DNA of 61,168 nt, the filler included. It is 6 parts of 6 records of this genome, joined end to end, with 100 filler letters (N's around TTAATTAATTAA, not from the genome) between each part and the next. Parts side by side here need not be neighbours in the genome. Positions count along the whole stretch, not along the records: positions 21,357 to 41,088 come from SRR2962707_2289; positions 41,189 to 48,755 come from SRR2962707_2293; 4 more parts are not named here. One strand, written 5' to 3'. Each line of letters begins with the position of its first letter. The first letter of the stretch is position 1. The position numbers and the translations under genes were made by a program. The notes under the pieces were generated by a model. That model did not search any database. It had not been told where the DNA came from and was given only the letters and a program-made list of their open reading frames with translations. Below are positions 31,182 through 42,729 of the stretch, piece by piece.

Positions 31182-32777
31182 TCAGCCTTCCAGCAGGTCG
31201 GGGATGATGGCGTGGGCCTGATCGAGCGTCACCAGCGTGCGCCGCTTCCACGCGGCCTGCTCTTCCGGATAATCGGTGCGAAAGTGCCCGCCACGGCTTT
31301 CAGTGCGGTTGAGCGCGCAAACCGCGATCAGTTTCGCAGTGGTGATGACATTGTCAAACCGCACCGAATGGCTTTCCCGGGCTAGATGCAGGATCGTACC
31401 AAGAGCCTCGCGCATGCCCTCGCCGTCGCGCAATACACCCAGATGAGCACTCATGGTCTTGCGCAAGGCGACCATGTTGGGATGGTCGTTTTCAGTGATG
31501 TACTCGGTCGTCGTCACCGATCCATCCTGCCAGTTCTTCGGTGCGTCAGGCTTGATTTGGGCTTTCAGTGTTTCGGCAATGCGGGCAGAAAACACCACTG
31601 CTTCCAAGAGCGAATTCGACGCCAGCCGGTTGGCGCCATGCGCGCCGGTAGACGTGCATTCACCGCAAGCCCAGAACCCCGGCAGCGACGAGCGGCCGTT
31701 GATGTCGGTCCAGATGCCGCCCATGAAGTAATGCGCCGCCGGAATGACCGGGATCATTTCCTTGGCCGGATCAATGCCTGCCTCCTGGCAATAGCCGAAG
31801 ACGGTGGGAAATTCCGCCGCGAAATCGCGAACCGCGGTGCGGCAATCAAGATACGCACCCCTGCCCGCTTTGACTTCTGCGAAGATACCGCGCGCGACCA
31901 CATCCCGCGGTGCCAGCTCTGCATCCTTGTGTAGTGGCAGCATAAAGCGCTCACCGGATGAATTGTGCAGCGTCGCACCGTGGCCCCGCAAGGCCTCCGT
32001 TGCCAGAGGCGCCGGATCCTTGCCGACATTGATTGCGGTCGGGTGGAACTGCACGAATTCCATATCGGCCAGCCGTGCCCCGGCACGTGCCGCCATGCCA
32101 ATGCCGCCGCCGCGTGCTTCGGTCGGATTGGTCGTCACCTCGTAGAGATGGCCGATCCCCCCGGTGGCCATCACCACATTCGACCCGGTGACCCGGTGCA
32201 GCTCTTCGCCGCTGCCGGCCTTGTCACGGGCGACAACGCCGGTCACCTTGCCGTCTTCGACAATCAGCTCCTCGACCACATAGCCTTCCAGCACTCGGAT
32301 TGACGGCGTGTTGCGCACCGAAGCCACCAGCGCTTCCATGATGGCGCGCCCCGCCATGTCACCCTTCACCCGGACGATGCGGCTTTCTGAATGCGCAGCC
32401 TCCCGACTGACCGCGAGATGGCCTTCCAGATCGCGATCGAACGGCACGCCGTACTCAAGCAAGTCATGAATCCGGTCAGAGGCTTCCGATGCCATGGCGC
32501 GGATAATGGCCTCATCAACAATGCCGTCACCGGCGACAATCGTGTCGGTAACGTGGCTCTCTATGGTGTCACCCGGCCCCACAGCCGCAGCAATGCCTGC
32601 CTGCGCCCAGGCTGAGGAGGCGCCACGGCCAATGGGTGCGGCCGCCAGCACCGTGACAGCCTTCGGCGCCAGTTTGAGCGCGCAGAACAGCCCAGCAAGC
32701 CCGCCGCCAATGATGACGACCTCATCGGATCGCTTGACCGCTTGCGGCTGGTGGACAGCAATTGCTGTGGACGCCAT
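31182..32777 (-). CDS. nadB: L-aspartate oxidase
   Basis: [54 protein letters not shown]. Confidence 0.96.
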   Translation of the reverse strand: MASTAIAVHQPQAVKRSDEVVIIGGGLAGLFCALKLAPKAVTVLAAAPIGRGASSAWAQAGIAAAVGPGDTIESHVTDTIVAGDGIVDEAIIRAMASEASDRIHDLLEYGVPFDRDLEGHLAVSREAAHSESRIVRVKGDMAGRAIMEALVASVRNTPSIRVLEGYVVEELIVEDGKVTGVVARDKAGSGEELHRVTGSNVVMATGGIGHLYEVTTNPTEARGGGIGMAARAGARLADMEFVQFHPTAINVGKDPAPLATEALRGHGATLHNSSGERFMLPLHKDAELAPRDVVARGIFAEVKAGRGAYLDCRTAVRDFAAEFPTVFGYCQEAGIDPAKEMIPVIPAAHYFMGGIWTDINGRSSLPGFWACGECTSTGAHGANRLASNSLLEAVVFSARIAETLKAQIKPDAPKNWQDGSVTTTEYITENDHPNMVALRKTMSAHLGVLRDGEGMREALGTILHLARESHSVRFDNVITTAKLIAVCALNRTESRGGHFRTDYPEEQAAWKRRTLVTLDQAHAIIPDLLEG

Positions 32778-32829
32778 GACATGCTCCCTGCTGGTTGCGA
32801 GCGGCCGCAGAGACCGCCGGGCCAGAACG

Positions 32830-33909
32830 TCAGTTTTTCAGATTGACCATCCGCTCGACCGCCAGCCGTGCACGATCGGCAATCGCCGGGTCAACCAGCA
32901 CTTCCTCGGTCATGAAGAGCAGGCTGTCGAGGATCTTGGGCAGCGTGATGCGCTTCATGTGCGGGCACAGATTGCATGGCTTGATGAACTCGACGTCAGG
33001 AACTTCGCTTTCGATATTGGATGCCATCGAGCATTCGGTCACCAACAGCACACGCGGCGGCCGCGTGTCCTTGACATAGTTGATCATGCCCGAGGTCGAG
33101 CCCGAGTAATCGCAGACCGCAATCACGTCCGGGTGACACTCAGGGTGACCGATGATCTCGATGGTCGGATCGGCTTCCTTGTAGGCGAGCAATTCCTCGG
33201 CCGTGAAGCGCTCATGCACTTCGCAGTGGCCCTTCCAGGTCAGGATCTTCTTCTTGGTCTGCTTGGCAACATTCAGCGCCAGATATTCGTCAGGAATGCA
33301 CAGGATGGTGTCGGACTCGAAGCTCTCGCACACCGCCACTGCATTGGACGAGGTGCAGCACACATCGGTTTCGGCCTTCACATCGGCGGATGTATTGACA
33401 TAGGTCACCACCGGCACGCCGGGATAACGCTCTTTCAAGAGCCGCACATCCGCACCGGTGATGGAATCCGACAGCGAACACCCCGCCTTGCCGTCGGGGA
33501 TCAGGACGGTCTTTTCCATGTTGAGCAGCTTTGAGGTCTCGGCCATGAAATGCACGCCGCACTGGATGATGATCTGCTCGTCGACCAGCGTCGCCTCGCG
33601 CGCCAGCTGCAGCGAATCACCGGCAATGTCGGCAACACAATGAAAGATGTCCGGGGTCTGGTAATTATGCGCCAGGATCGCGGCCCCGCGTTCCTTCTTG
33701 ATCCGGTTGATGGCGTGCACGTAAGGGGCGTAGACGGGCCACTCGATTTCCGGGATATGGTTGCGGACGCGCTCGTAGAGATGCGCGGTTTCGCGGGCCA
33801 CGGCGGGGGTGTACTTCAACTCCGGGCGCTCCATCACGCCAAAGCGGTCCGCCGCAGTTTGCGCCTGTCTGCTCGCCTGAGCGGTGGTGCCTGTTTCCAA
33901 CCGGGTCAT
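32830..33909 (-). CDS. nadA: Quinolinate synthase
   Basis: [43 protein letters not shown] 33909 with GGGAGG RBS. Confidence 0.97.
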   Translation of the reverse strand: MTRLETGTTAQASRQAQTAADRFGVMERPELKYTPAVARETAHLYERVRNHIPEIEWPVYAPYVHAINRIKKERGAAILAHNYQTPDIFHCVADIAGDSLQLAREATLVDEQIIIQCGVHFMAETSKLLNMEKTVLIPDGKAGCSLSDSITGADVRLLKERYPGVPVVTYVNTSADVKAETDVCCTSSNAVAVCESFESDTILCIPDEYLALNVAKQTKKKILTWKGHCEVHERFTAEELLAYKEADPTIEIIGHPECHPDVIAVCDYSGSTSGMINYVKDTRPPRVLLVTECSMASNIESEVPDVEFIKPCNLCPHMKRITLPKILDSLLFMTEEVLVDPAIADRARLAVERMVNLKN

Positions 33910-33933
33910 GGGGAACCCTCCCGTCATCATCCG

Positions 33934-33954
33934 TTATGCTCAATTTGAGCATAA
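33934..33954. promoter_or_regulatory. NadQ-type operator upstream of nadABC
   Basis: 21-bp palindrome TTATGCTCAATTTGAGCATAA, about 25 bp upstream of nadA; fits the NadQ ATRCTCA-N3-TGAGYAT pattern. Confidence 0.85.
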
Positions 33955-34061
33955 TCAGGTTTCAAAAGAACCCGGCAATGCCGGGGAACACATGACATAA
34001 GACTTTGCTTTTGCGAATGCAAGTCAGCCGAACCCTTGCGCTCCGGCCAGGACTGCATCCG

Positions 34062-34712
34062 TCATTCGAACAATTTGGACTTTTCCGCGTCTTCCGCAGG
34101 AGCCGAATCCGGCGTTTGAGCAAGTGCGGTTTCAAGTGCAAACTCGGCCTGCGCCGCGTATTTCAGCGCTGGATTGATGCCCAGCCCAAAGGCCTTGGTC
34201 ACGCCACCCAGCACATGCTCGATCCGCACTGATCCCTGGCTCTGCTCGTTGGAGACAAACTTGATCGACAGGTGCTCCGCATCGCCCTCTGTGCCGATCA
34301 CGTCGCCAATGGGCTTGGAGAACAGCCCGACCTTGTTCTCAGCCGCCACCTTGGCCCATTCCGGCCCTTTTCGCAGGTAGGCAATGAAAGTGCGGGCCTG
34401 CTCAACCGGCAGCATCATCGCATGCCCGCCACCGTCGGCGCCGTCCTGCGCAGGAATGACGATGGAGGCCATCAGCAGCAGACCCCGATTCTTGTCCGGC
34501 ACCGCCGAGCAGTAGGTGAAGCCAATGCGGTCGGTGGAAAGATCGCTGACCTGCGCGGGATCACCGATGATGGCCCCAAACGGCGTGATGACAAACTTGC
34601 TGTCGGGATCAAAAATGGCGCGATCCGGGTCGAAATCCTCGGCACAGGCACCACCGATCAAACCCGCCAGCAACACTCCTGACGCTAGTCCCTTTAGAAA
34701 ACGCTGCTTCAT
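34062..34712 (-). CDS. Hypothetical exported protein
   Basis: 216-aa ORF with GGAGG RBS and signal peptide; no recognised motif. Confidence 0.75.
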   Translation of the reverse strand: MKQRFLKGLASGVLLAGLIGGACAEDFDPDRAIFDPDSKFVITPFGAIIGDPAQVSDLSTDRIGFTYCSAVPDKNRGLLLMASIVIPAQDGADGGGHAMMLPVEQARTFIAYLRKGPEWAKVAAENKVGLFSKPIGDVIGTEGDAEHLSIKFVSNEQSQGSVRIEHVLGGVTKAFGLGINPALKYAAQAEFALETALAQTPDSAPAEDAEKSKLFE

Positions 34713-34913
34713 CGGCCCTGCCTCCGCTTTCGCATCTGCTCACCTGCAAGCATTCCCGCAAGCCCGGCGCCTGTCAATAACAGCGCCGCGATTGGCTCAC
34801 CGCACCGATGATCCGTTCCTGATCAATCAAATTGAGTGATCATTGCGTTCAAGTAAAAGCACTTGTTCGCTCGATGGCAATGTCTAAAGTCGCCGGACAC
34901 TTCAGGAGCTCCC

Positions 34914-36152
34914 ATGTCCGAAACCCGTTCCGCCTCCACAGCCACCGCCCCCCTGCCCTGGCTGATCATTATTGCCGGCTCGCTGATCGCGCTCATGTCG
35001 TTCGGACCGCGCTCGGCCATGGGATTCTTCCAGCTTCCCATGCTGGCTGACACTGGATGGGACCGGACCACATTTGGTCTCGCAATGGCGGTTCAGAACC
35101 TGTTCTGGGGGCTGGGCCAGCCGTTCTTTGGCGCCATTGCCGACAAATACGGCACCTGGAAGGTTCTGGCCCTGTCGGCATTCGTCTATTCCAGCGGTCT
35201 GTTCATCATGTCGGTGGCACCGACCCCGGGCTGGTTCTATATCGGCGGTGGCGTCCTCGTCGGCCTCGGTATCGCCTCGGCGTCCTTCGGCATTGTGCTC
35301 GCAGCATTTGCCCGCAATGTCGCCCCTGAACAACGCTCCATGGCCTTCGGCATCGGCACCGCCGCGGGCTCGGCCGGCATGTTCGTCTTCGCGCCGCTCA
35401 GCCAGGGCCTGATCGATGCCTATGGCTGGCAGGAAGCGCTGGTCTGGATGGCAGCCATGATGTTCATCATCCCGTTCCTGGCCATTCCCTTGCGCGGCAA
35501 TTCCAATTCCGGCACGCAATCGGCGCTGCAATACAAGCAGTCGATCAGCGAAGCCCTGCGCGAGGCACTTGGCCACAAGAGCTATCTTTTGCTGGTCTCG
35601 GGCTTCTTCGTCTGCGGCTTCCAAGTGGCTTTCATCACCGCCCACTTCCCCGCCTATCTGCGTGACATCGGCATAGATAGCTCGTTTGCGGTGCTGTCGC
35701 TGGCGCTGATCGGCTTTTTCAACATCATAGGTTCGCTGGCATCCGGCTACATCGGGCAGCGCTATTCCAAGCCGATGGCTCTGGTCTGGATCTATATCGG
35801 TCGCTCGATCGCAGTCACCGCATTCCTGCTGCTTCCGCAAACTGGCACATCGGTGGTCATTTTCGCCATTGTCATGGGCCTGCTGTGGTTGTCGACCGTA
35901 CCGCCAACAAACGCGCTGGTGGCTATCATGTTCGGTACGGGGCATCTGGGCATGCTCGGCGGCGTGGTTTTCCTGGCGCACCAGATCGGCTCTTTCCTCG
36001 GCGTCTGGCTCGGCGGCTATCTCTACGATGTCTTCGGCACCTACAACCCGGTCTGGTGGCTGGGCGTGGCGCTCGGAATTTTTGCTGCGATCGTGCATTG
36101 GCCGATCAGGGAGCAGGCTGTGGAGCGGCCGGAACTGGCGCCGGCCGAATAG
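34914..36152 (+). CDS. MFS transporter
   Basis: 12 TM pattern, GAIADKYG motif A, GFFVCGFQ. Confidence 0.92.
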   Translation: MSETRSASTATAPLPWLIIIAGSLIALMSFGPRSAMGFFQLPMLADTGWDRTTFGLAMAVQNLFWGLGQPFFGAIADKYGTWKVLALSAFVYSSGLFIMSVAPTPGWFYIGGGVLVGLGIASASFGIVLAAFARNVAPEQRSMAFGIGTAAGSAGMFVFAPLSQGLIDAYGWQEALVWMAAMMFIIPFLAIPLRGNSNSGTQSALQYKQSISEALREALGHKSYLLLVSGFFVCGFQVAFITAHFPAYLRDIGIDSSFAVLSLALIGFFNIIGSLASGYIGQRYSKPMALVWIYIGRSIAVTAFLLLPQTGTSVVIFAIVMGLLWLSTVPPTNALVAIMFGTGHLGMLGGVVFLAHQIGSFLGVWLGGYLYDVFGTYNPVWWLGVALGIFAAIVHWPIREQAVERPELAPAE

Positions 36153-36203
36153 CCGCCCAAAGAGGTCATCCCTCACGAGATCCAAAAGGAAATTGCCAGA
36201 GCC

Positions 36204-37292
36204 TCATTGATCAAAATAGACTTCGGCAACCTGGTCGAGAAGGTCGGCATCAGAACGGATATTGCCGTTGACCGTGAAGGCGATCACGACGTCAGCATCG
36301 GCATAATAGCGCACATCCGCCTCAAATCCCTCATCGCTACCGGCGTGACCATACCAGTCACCCCATTCGTCACCGTCAATGCCTATGCCAAGCCCATAGC
36401 CTTCCTCTTGCTCTGAGCCTGTGAGCATCTCTTCCAGCAAATCGGTCCCGATGATCTTGTCATCACGCAATAACGCCCGCATGAAGCGCGCGACATCACC
36501 GGCGGTGCCAACCAGAGGGCCGTCACCGGTGCCGCGCGCCCAGGCTTGCAGACTTGAATCGGTACGGTTCGAAGCGCCCGCGTAGCCATGCGCCAGATCA
36601 GGCTCATCCTGCGATGCTCCGACACTTGTCGACTGCATACCGGCCTTGGCCAGAACACTGTGTCCGAGCGCCGTCCTCATATCCGGATAAAACCGCTTGA
36701 GAATGTGCCCCAGCAGAACGTAGTTGGTATTTGAATACTCGAATACGGAACCGGGCGTCCCATGCGACGGCGCGTCATAGGCAAAAGCCAGAACATCGGC
36801 CTCGCTCCAGCGACGGTGAGGATCCCGAGAAGCCACCTCTGCAAAATCGTCACTCAGATAGTCGGGAAAACCCGACGTGTGATTGAGGAGTTGGCGAAGA
36901 GTAACATGCTCGACTTCGGGCAAGGAACCGGCCCCCGGCAAGTCGTTCACAAGCGGCCATATTCCGGCGTCGAGATCAAGTTCGCCTTTTTCGACACCCG
37001 CAAGAATTGCCGCGGCAACCATCATCTTTCCGGTTGAGGCTATGTAAAACCGTGTCTTGGCTGTCACGGGGTGCCCGGACTTTACATCGGCAACTCCCGT
37101 CGAAACCTCGATCTCTCCATCAGGCCCGGAAATATGCAGCGTCCCGCCGGCAATCCCGTTTTCGGCTATGAACCTCTCAAGGATTGATGTGTAATCCGCC
37201 TCCTGTGCCACCACGCCCTCCGGAACCAGATTCATCATGATCAAACTGACCCAAACGCAGAACGAAAAAAATCTGGAACTCAAGGCATGCAC
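36204..37292 (-). CDS. Serine hydrolase, beta-lactamase/AmpC-like family (start uncertain)
   Basis: SxxK (STGK), LLNHTSG, YSN, HAG. Confidence 0.9.
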   Translation of the reverse strand: MHALSSRFFSFCVWVSLIMMNLVPEGVVAQEADYTSILERFIAENGIAGGTLHISGPDGEIEVSTGVADVKSGHPVTAKTRFYIASTGKMMVAAAILAGVEKGELDLDAGIWPLVNDLPGAGSLPEVEHVTLRQLLNHTSGFPDYLSDDFAEVASRDPHRRWSEADVLAFAYDAPSHGTPGSVFEYSNTNYVLLGHILKRFYPDMRTALGHSVLAKAGMQSTSVGASQDEPDLAHGYAGASNRTDSSLQAWARGTGDGPLVGTAGDVARFMRALLRDDKIIGTDLLEEMLTGSEQEEGYGLGIGIDGDEWGDWYGHAGSDEGFEADVRYYADADVVIAFTVNGNIRSDADLLDQVAEVYFDQ

Positions 37293-37430
37293 CCAATTGG
37301 CTAGTCAAATGATCTGAAAAATGTACGGCTTCCACACACTGGAATGATCCGGGTGACAATGCAAACCGGAACGGAAGTGGCATTCCCTCACGTCTCATCA
37401 GACCGAAGATCGCGTTGTGATTTTCGCAAA

Positions 37431-37448
37431 TTGTCATACGGGTGTAAC
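37431..37448 (+). promoter_or_regulatory. Pho box (PhoB site) upstream of phoX
   Basis: TTGTCAT-ACGG-GTGTAAC: two half-sites at 11-bp spacing, about 55 bp before the phoX ATG. Confidence 0.75.
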
Positions 37449-37502
37449 GCAAATCATTGTTTTACTCTGTGTCTGACAACCCGCAACGCGACGGAGACAG
37501 CC

Positions 37503-39494
37503 ATGAACGAGATGTTCAAGCCATCAAACGACCAGATCAACCTCACCGAAATCCGCGAAGCCGAAGAAGATGTCGGCCGCAACCCGAGCGACAACCCGAC
37601 CATGGGCGACGTGATCAACCGCCGCTTTTCACGTCGCGGTTTTCTGGGTGGTTCACTTGCTGTGGCGGCCATCGGATCAACGGTCAGCCCTCTGGCGCTG
37701 ATGATTGCCGACGAAGCCCGCGCAGAAGGCACGAGCGCTTTCAGCTTCACCGAGGTGGAGGCCGGCGTCGACGAGACCCATCACGTGGCCGAAGGCTATG
37801 ATGCCGACGTTCTACTTCGCTGGGGCGACAAGGTGTTTGCCGATTCTCCAGACTTTGATCCGATGAACCAGACACCTGAGAGCCAGCTCAGGCAATTCGG
37901 CTACAACAATGATTATGTCGGCTTTGTGCCGCTTGACGAGACCGGCGATCACGGCCTGCTGGTGGTCAATCACGAGTATACCAATGCCGAACTGATGTTC
38001 CCGAACTGGGCCACACTCGGCAAGGACGGTGAAGGCAAGGACAAGGTGATGATGGGCGAGTTCACCAAGGAACTCGTTGACATCGAAATGGCCGCCCATG
38101 GCGGTACGGTCATCGAGATCCGCAAGCAAGACGGCAAATGGGTTCCGGTGCTCGACGGCAAGATGAACCGCCGCCTGCATGTCGGCACTGAAATGAGGCT
38201 CACGGGCCCCGCAGCCGGCCATGACCGGCTCAAGACCAATGCCGATCCTTCAGGCACCAAGGTATTCGGCACACTCAACAACTGCGCCGGCGGCGTCACC
38301 CCTTGGGGCACCTGGCTGATGGCGGAGGAAAACTTCCACGGCTACTTCAGGGGAGACCTGCCCGAAGGTCACCGCGAAACCGAGAACTACAAACGCTACG
38401 GCGCACCCGCCGGCTGGTACAACTGGGGCCAGCACCACGACCGGTTTGATGTCTCCAGGGAGCCAAATGAACCGAACCGGTTCGGCTGGGTTGTCGAAGT
38501 TGATCCGATGGACCCGAATTCGGTGCCGAAGAAGCGTACTGCTCTGGGCCGCGTCAAGCATGAGGGCGCCGAAAGCGTTCTCAACAAGGACGGCCGGGTG
38601 GTGTTCTATTGCGGCGACGACGAGCGCTTCGACTACGTCTACAAATTCGTCACAGCAGCAAAATACAATCCTGACGACCGCGCTGCCAACATGGATCTTC
38701 TCGATGACGGCACGCTCTATGTTGCTCGCTTCAACGAGGATGGCACCGTTGACTGGATGCCGCTGGTTCACGGCACCGGCCCGCTGACGGCTGACAACGG
38801 CTTTGCCAGCCAGGCCGATGTGGTGATCGAAGCCCGCCGCGCCGGCGATCTGCTGGGCGCCACCAAGATGGACCGCCCGGAAGACGTTCAGCCAAACGCG
38901 AAGACCGGCAAGGTCTATTGCATGCTGACCAACAACACCCGTCGCAAGGAGGGTGATGAAAACCCGGCCAATCCGCGCGCCAACAATGCGTTCGGCCACA
39001 TCGTCGAAATCACCGAAACCGACGGTAACTTCGCCTCGACCAAATCAACCTGGGAAATCCTTCTCAAATGCGGCGACCCCTCGGTGGCCGAAGTCGGCGC
39101 CAGCTTCTCGTCCGCAACAACGGCGGACGGCTGGTTCGGCATGCCCGACAACTGCGCCATCGACACCGACGGCCGCCTGTGGGTCTCGACCGACGGCAAT
39201 TCCGCCAAAAAGACCGGGCGTGCAGATGGTCTTTGGGCGGTAGACACCGAAGGCGACGCCCGCGCGACGTCAAAACTGTTCTTCCGGGTTCCGGTCGGTG
39301 CCGAGATGTGCGGCCCGCTGTTCGACCCCAAGGGCGAAACCGTCTTCCTCGCAGTCCAGCATCCAGGTGACGAGGGCCTGGCCACCTTTGAACAACCAGC
39401 CACTCGCTGGCCGGACTTCAAGGATGACATGCCGGTTCGCCCGGCCGTGGTCGCGGTCACCAGACAGGGCGGCGGCAAGATCGGCATGGCCTGA
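37503..39494 (+). CDS. phoX: PhoX family alkaline phosphatase (Tat-exported)
   Basis: SRRGFL twin-arginine signal, FGYNND, VNHEY, NNCAGG.TPWGT, EEN, KHE, MDRPED, PDN, GAEMCG, VQHPG. Confidence 0.96.
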   Translation: MNEMFKPSNDQINLTEIREAEEDVGRNPSDNPTMGDVINRRFSRRGFLGGSLAVAAIGSTVSPLALMIADEARAEGTSAFSFTEVEAGVDETHHVAEGYDADVLLRWGDKVFADSPDFDPMNQTPESQLRQFGYNNDYVGFVPLDETGDHGLLVVNHEYTNAELMFPNWATLGKDGEGKDKVMMGEFTKELVDIEMAAHGGTVIEIRKQDGKWVPVLDGKMNRRLHVGTEMRLTGPAAGHDRLKTNADPSGTKVFGTLNNCAGGVTPWGTWLMAEENFHGYFRGDLPEGHRETENYKRYGAPAGWYNWGQHHDRFDVSREPNEPNRFGWVVEVDPMDPNSVPKKRTALGRVKHEGAESVLNKDGRVVFYCGDDERFDYVYKFVTAAKYNPDDRAANMDLLDDGTLYVARFNEDGTVDWMPLVHGTGPLTADNGFASQADVVIEARRAGDLLGATKMDRPEDVQPNAKTGKVYCMLTNNTRRKEGDENPANPRANNAFGHIVEITETDGNFASTKSTWEILLKCGDPSVAEVGASFSSATTADGWFGMPDNCAIDTDGRLWVSTDGNSAKKTGRADGLWAVDTEGDARATSKLFFRVPVGAEMCGPLFDPKGETVFLAVQHPGDEGLATFEQPATRWPDFKDDMPVRPAVVAVTRQGGGKIGMA

Positions 39495-39512
39495 TAAAGC
39501 GATTTGATACTG

Positions 39513-39539
39513 AAAGGGCGCTCGGTGAGCGCCCTTTTT
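39513..39539. terminator. Intrinsic terminator after phoX
   Basis: AAAGGGCGCTC-GGT-GAGCGCCCTTTTT. Confidence 0.85.
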
Positions 39540-39586
39540 CATGCCAGCTCCCCCCTGCGGGGTTCAGCCTGATTCCGGTGCGGTTG

Positions 39587-40096
39587 TTAGCGCATCAGCT
39601 TGTCGATCGGAAAAATGGCGCAGGTTTCGGTACCGTGCGCCAGCAGCTTGCCGGAGCTGTCGCGAAGATAGGCTTCCGAGGTCGCGATGGTCCTGCCCCG
39701 GTGCACGATCCGGCCTTCGCAGGCAAGCTCCCCCATGTCCGGCAGGATTGGCCGAGTCAGGTTGAGCTTGAACTCCACTGTCGTGTAACCCTCTCCCGGC
39801 TTGATCATGGTCATGACAGCACAGGCAAGCGACGAATCCATGATCGTCGACGCCCATCCACCATGCACCGTGCCAAGAGGGTTGAGATGCTCCACAGTCG
39901 GAGTGCCGGTAAACACAATCAGCCCCTCCTCCACGGTCGTCAGCCAGAAGTTCAGTGTCTTTGCCATCGCCGCTCCGGGCAGACGGCCTTCGAGAATGCC
40001 CTTCATCACCGACAGACCACCCTCCCTGGCCACCACATCGAGCGGCACGACGCCGGTGAACTGGCCGTTGGCCCTGCGATTGGTATCATCAATCAT
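39587..40096 (-). CDS. PaaI family thioesterase
   Basis: NPLGTVHGG...[12 protein letters not shown]. Confidence 0.92.
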   Translation of the reverse strand: MIDDTNRRANGQFTGVVPLDVVAREGGLSVMKGILEGRLPGAAMAKTLNFWLTTVEEGLIVFTGTPTVEHLNPLGTVHGGWASTIMDSSLACAVMTMIKPGEGYTTVEFKLNLTRPILPDMGELACEGRIVHRGRTIATSEAYLRDSSGKLLAHGTETCAIFPIDKLMR

Positions 40097-40863
40097 GAAA
40101 TCGTTTCCTGGACAGTGGGGAGGATGGAGTCTGGTTGCGGCATTGCGCGCAAGGCGGCCGTGCAGAAACTATCCCGGCTGATCGGTGGTTCGACGCCGCG
40201 CGGCTCAAACACGTGGCGATTGAGAAAATATCCGGTCAGCCGAAACGCCTGGCCAAGCATTTCTGCATCGGTACAGGCCTTCGAACGATCCGGCAGAAAG
40301 ACCGGCAAGGCCAGCAGCCGGTCGGCCCAGGGCGCGCCAGCTTCTGCAGAAACCGCCCGGCCGGACTTCGGCGACACATAGATGAGGTCCGAACGCACAC
40401 CGGTCGCAGCGCATTCACTCAGATCCAGGCCAAAGCCGAGATCTTCAAGCACGGCGAGTTCAAAGCGCACGTAGAGCGCACCAGCCTCTTCAGGCGTATC
40501 GAGACTGTCGAGGATAATGGCAAAGGCATCGTGCAGCCGTGGATGAGTATCGCGCTCCGGCAGCAGCCTGAGCAGCGCTGCCATCGCCTGAACACCATGC
40601 ACGCCGATGGCGCTTTCCATCAGACGTCCGGCACGCGCATTCAAGAGCTCGACCTGATATTGCCCCAGATGCTCGTCCAGCCGCGCCCGCCAGACCAGAT
40701 CGACTGAATTACCGGGTTGAAGCACCGGTTGCAGGCGTTTGGAACGGCCACCACGCACGATACCGAGATGCCGGCCGTGCGCCCGCGTCATCACCTCGGC
40801 GATAACCGAGGTCTCGCCATGCTTGCGCAGGCCCAGAATAATTCCCTCGTCTCGCCATTCCAT
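40093..40863 (-). CDS. recO: DNA repair protein RecO
   Basis: [36 protein letters not shown]; downstream of era. Confidence 0.96.
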   Translation of the reverse strand: MEWRDEGIILGLRKHGETSVIAEVMTRAHGRHLGIVRGGRSKRLQPVLQPGNSVDLVWRARLDEHLGQYQVELLNARAGRLMESAIGVHGVQAMAALLRLLPERDTHPRLHDAFAIILDSLDTPEEAGALYVRFELAVLEDLGFGLDLSECAATGVRSDLIYVSPKSGRAVSAEAGAPWADRLLALPVFLPDRSKACTDAEMLGQAFRLTGYFLNRHVFEPRGVEPPISRDSFCTAALRAMPQPDSILPTVQETIS

Positions 40864-40880
40864 TGCGTGACTTTGCCCGC

Positions 40881-41088
40881 TCAGTGGGGAAATTCAAGTC
40901 CCATCTCACGGTACCGCTCGGGATCATTGCCCCAGTTTTCGCGAACCTTGACGAACAGGAACAGATGCACCGTCTGCTCGAGGATCTCGGCAATCTCCTT
41001 GCGCGACGCCTGTCCGATGGCCTTGATGGTCTCGCCCTTGTGGCCGAGCACAATCTTTTTCTGGCTGTCGCGCTCGACATAGATCACC
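40881..41088 (-). CDS. era: GTPase Era, C-terminal KH domain (5' truncated)
   Basis: [29 protein letters not shown]. Confidence 0.95.
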
Positions 41089-41188
41089 NNNNNNNNNNNN
41101 NNNNNNNNNNNNNNNNNNNNNNNNNNNNNNNNTTAATTAATTAANNNNNNNNNNNNNNNNNNNNNNNNNNNNNNNNNNNNNNNNNNNN
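41089..41188. other. Artificial contig-joining spacer
   Basis: N / TTAATTAATTAA / N. Confidence 0.99.
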
Positions 41189-41777
41189 GGACAGCATGAA
41201 ACCCAATTTCTACATGGCCTTTCCGCCCGATGGCGGTCTGACTGACATGCCCGCCACCTGGATTACCGCGTTCTATCTGAACCCGGACAATAAACTGGCT
41301 CTGAACGACTTCTCGCGCCAGTTCCCGACGGTCTCGGTGCTGGAGATAGACCATATCATTGATCGCATCCAGCAGATTGTGCAGCAGGTAACTCAGGCCA
41401 TTGAGGCAATCCTGGCGCTGATTCTCGCGGCCGCCCTGGTGGTGATGGCAGCGGTTGTCAGTGCCACCCTGCGGGATCGTCAGAGGGAAGGAGCGTTGCT
41501 GCGAACCCTGGGCGGCCAGCAGTCGTTGTTGGCACGCAGTACTATGCTGGAATTCGCACTGTTGGGATTCTTTGCCGGTACGCTTGGTGTGATTGCGGCA
41601 GAAGGGGCGGTATATGCGCTCCAGGCCGGAATGTTCGAGGGCACTTTCCGCTGGCACTGGCAGGTGATGCTGCCAGTACCGCTGATTGCAGCCATTCTGT
41701 TGGCGTTGTTTGGCCGCTGGCAATTACGACCAGTGCTCAGTGTATCGCCGATGCTACTGCTTCGTCGCCTGGAGTGA
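41189..41777 (+). CDS. ABC transporter permease (YbbP/FtsX-like), C-terminal part
   Basis: DSMKPNFY, REGALLRTLG, EFALLG. Confidence 0.88.
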
Positions 41778-41784
41778 TCGGGTT

Positions 41785-42555
41785 TTAGCGATAGTTCGAG
41801 AGAATGGCGTCGAGTTCGCCATTCTCCTGGATATTTGCCAGCTCCTGGTTGAAGGCCTCGGCAAACGCTTTCCAGTCTTTACGCAGCATGATCCGGAAGC
41901 CGAACTGGCTGATTCCTTCCACAGAAGAGCGAAAGTGCTCGGTCAGTCCTTCGTTCCTGAGAATCCATTGCCCGACCAACCGATCCGCAAGCGCTGCGTG
42001 AAACTGCTCGCCATGCAGCACAAAGGTGAAAATCTCCCGATCTCTGGAGACGTCAAATCGCTTAATGCGATGATCTTTGAAATAGGGCTCGAGAAAGGGA
42101 TAGTAGTATCCCAGTGGCGTGACAATCGTCTTGCCGTAGAGGTCTGCGGGGTGTTTGTATTCAAGCTCAGAGCTCTTCGGGAAGAAGAATACTTCCTCCA
42201 CGTGAACGACCGGGTCGGTAAACAGGAACTTCTCCGGCTCTTCCGTCCACTCTATGGCCCTTGGCGTGCCGTCAATGTAGCCGTCGGCAAGCATAGGGTC
42301 TACCCGTTTTCTGGGAATTTTTACCGGTTCCACGTCGTAGCCCAGGCGGGGGACAATCAGGTTTACCACGTCCCACATAATACCGGAGGGCTTGCTGCCA
42401 TCAACGATCAGATAAGGTGGGTACCCGTTAGGAGAGATGTTGAAGCGGAACACCCGCTCCTGATTGTCCACTTCGGCAGCGGCATTGCCACTGAAAGTGG
42501 TTAGCAGGCTCAACAGGATCGCGGTAAAGGAGAGCTTGAAAAGGAGTTTCTTCAT
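41785..42555 (-). CDS. Periplasmic substrate-binding protein, family 3
   Basis: Signal peptide, YPPY, PRKR, FN.EL.....NG.LD.I. Confidence 0.85.
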   Translation of the reverse strand: MKKLLFKLSFTAILLSLLTTFSGNAAAEVDNQERVFRFNISPNGYPPYLIVDGSKPSGIMWDVVNLIVPRLGYDVEPVKIPRKRVDPMLADGYIDGTPRAIEWTEEPEKFLFTDPVVHVEEVFFFPKSSELEYKHPADLYGKTIVTPLGYYYPFLEPYFKDHRIKRFDVSRDREIFTFVLHGEQFHAALADRLVGQWILRNEGLTEHFRSSVEGISQFGFRIMLRKDWKAFAEAFNQELANIQENGELDAILSNYR

Positions 42556-42729
42556 GGCGGAACTCTGGATAGGACAGGCCCATACGCTGGTTAGATCGAT
42601 ACCCGGCCAACTCCCTGCCAGAATGCCCGCTAAATATTACCTTCTTACTATTTTATTTCAATCATTGTGAATCTGACTTTAGGCTAACCCCGGCCAGAGA
42701 GGGCCGGGGCGAGATATGCCTCCGAGGTA

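Noticed and set aside
36204-37292. Beta-lactamase resistance gene
   Set aside because: SxxK/YxN/HxG motifs are shared by many esterases and peptidases; nothing supports antibiotic hydrolysis specifically.
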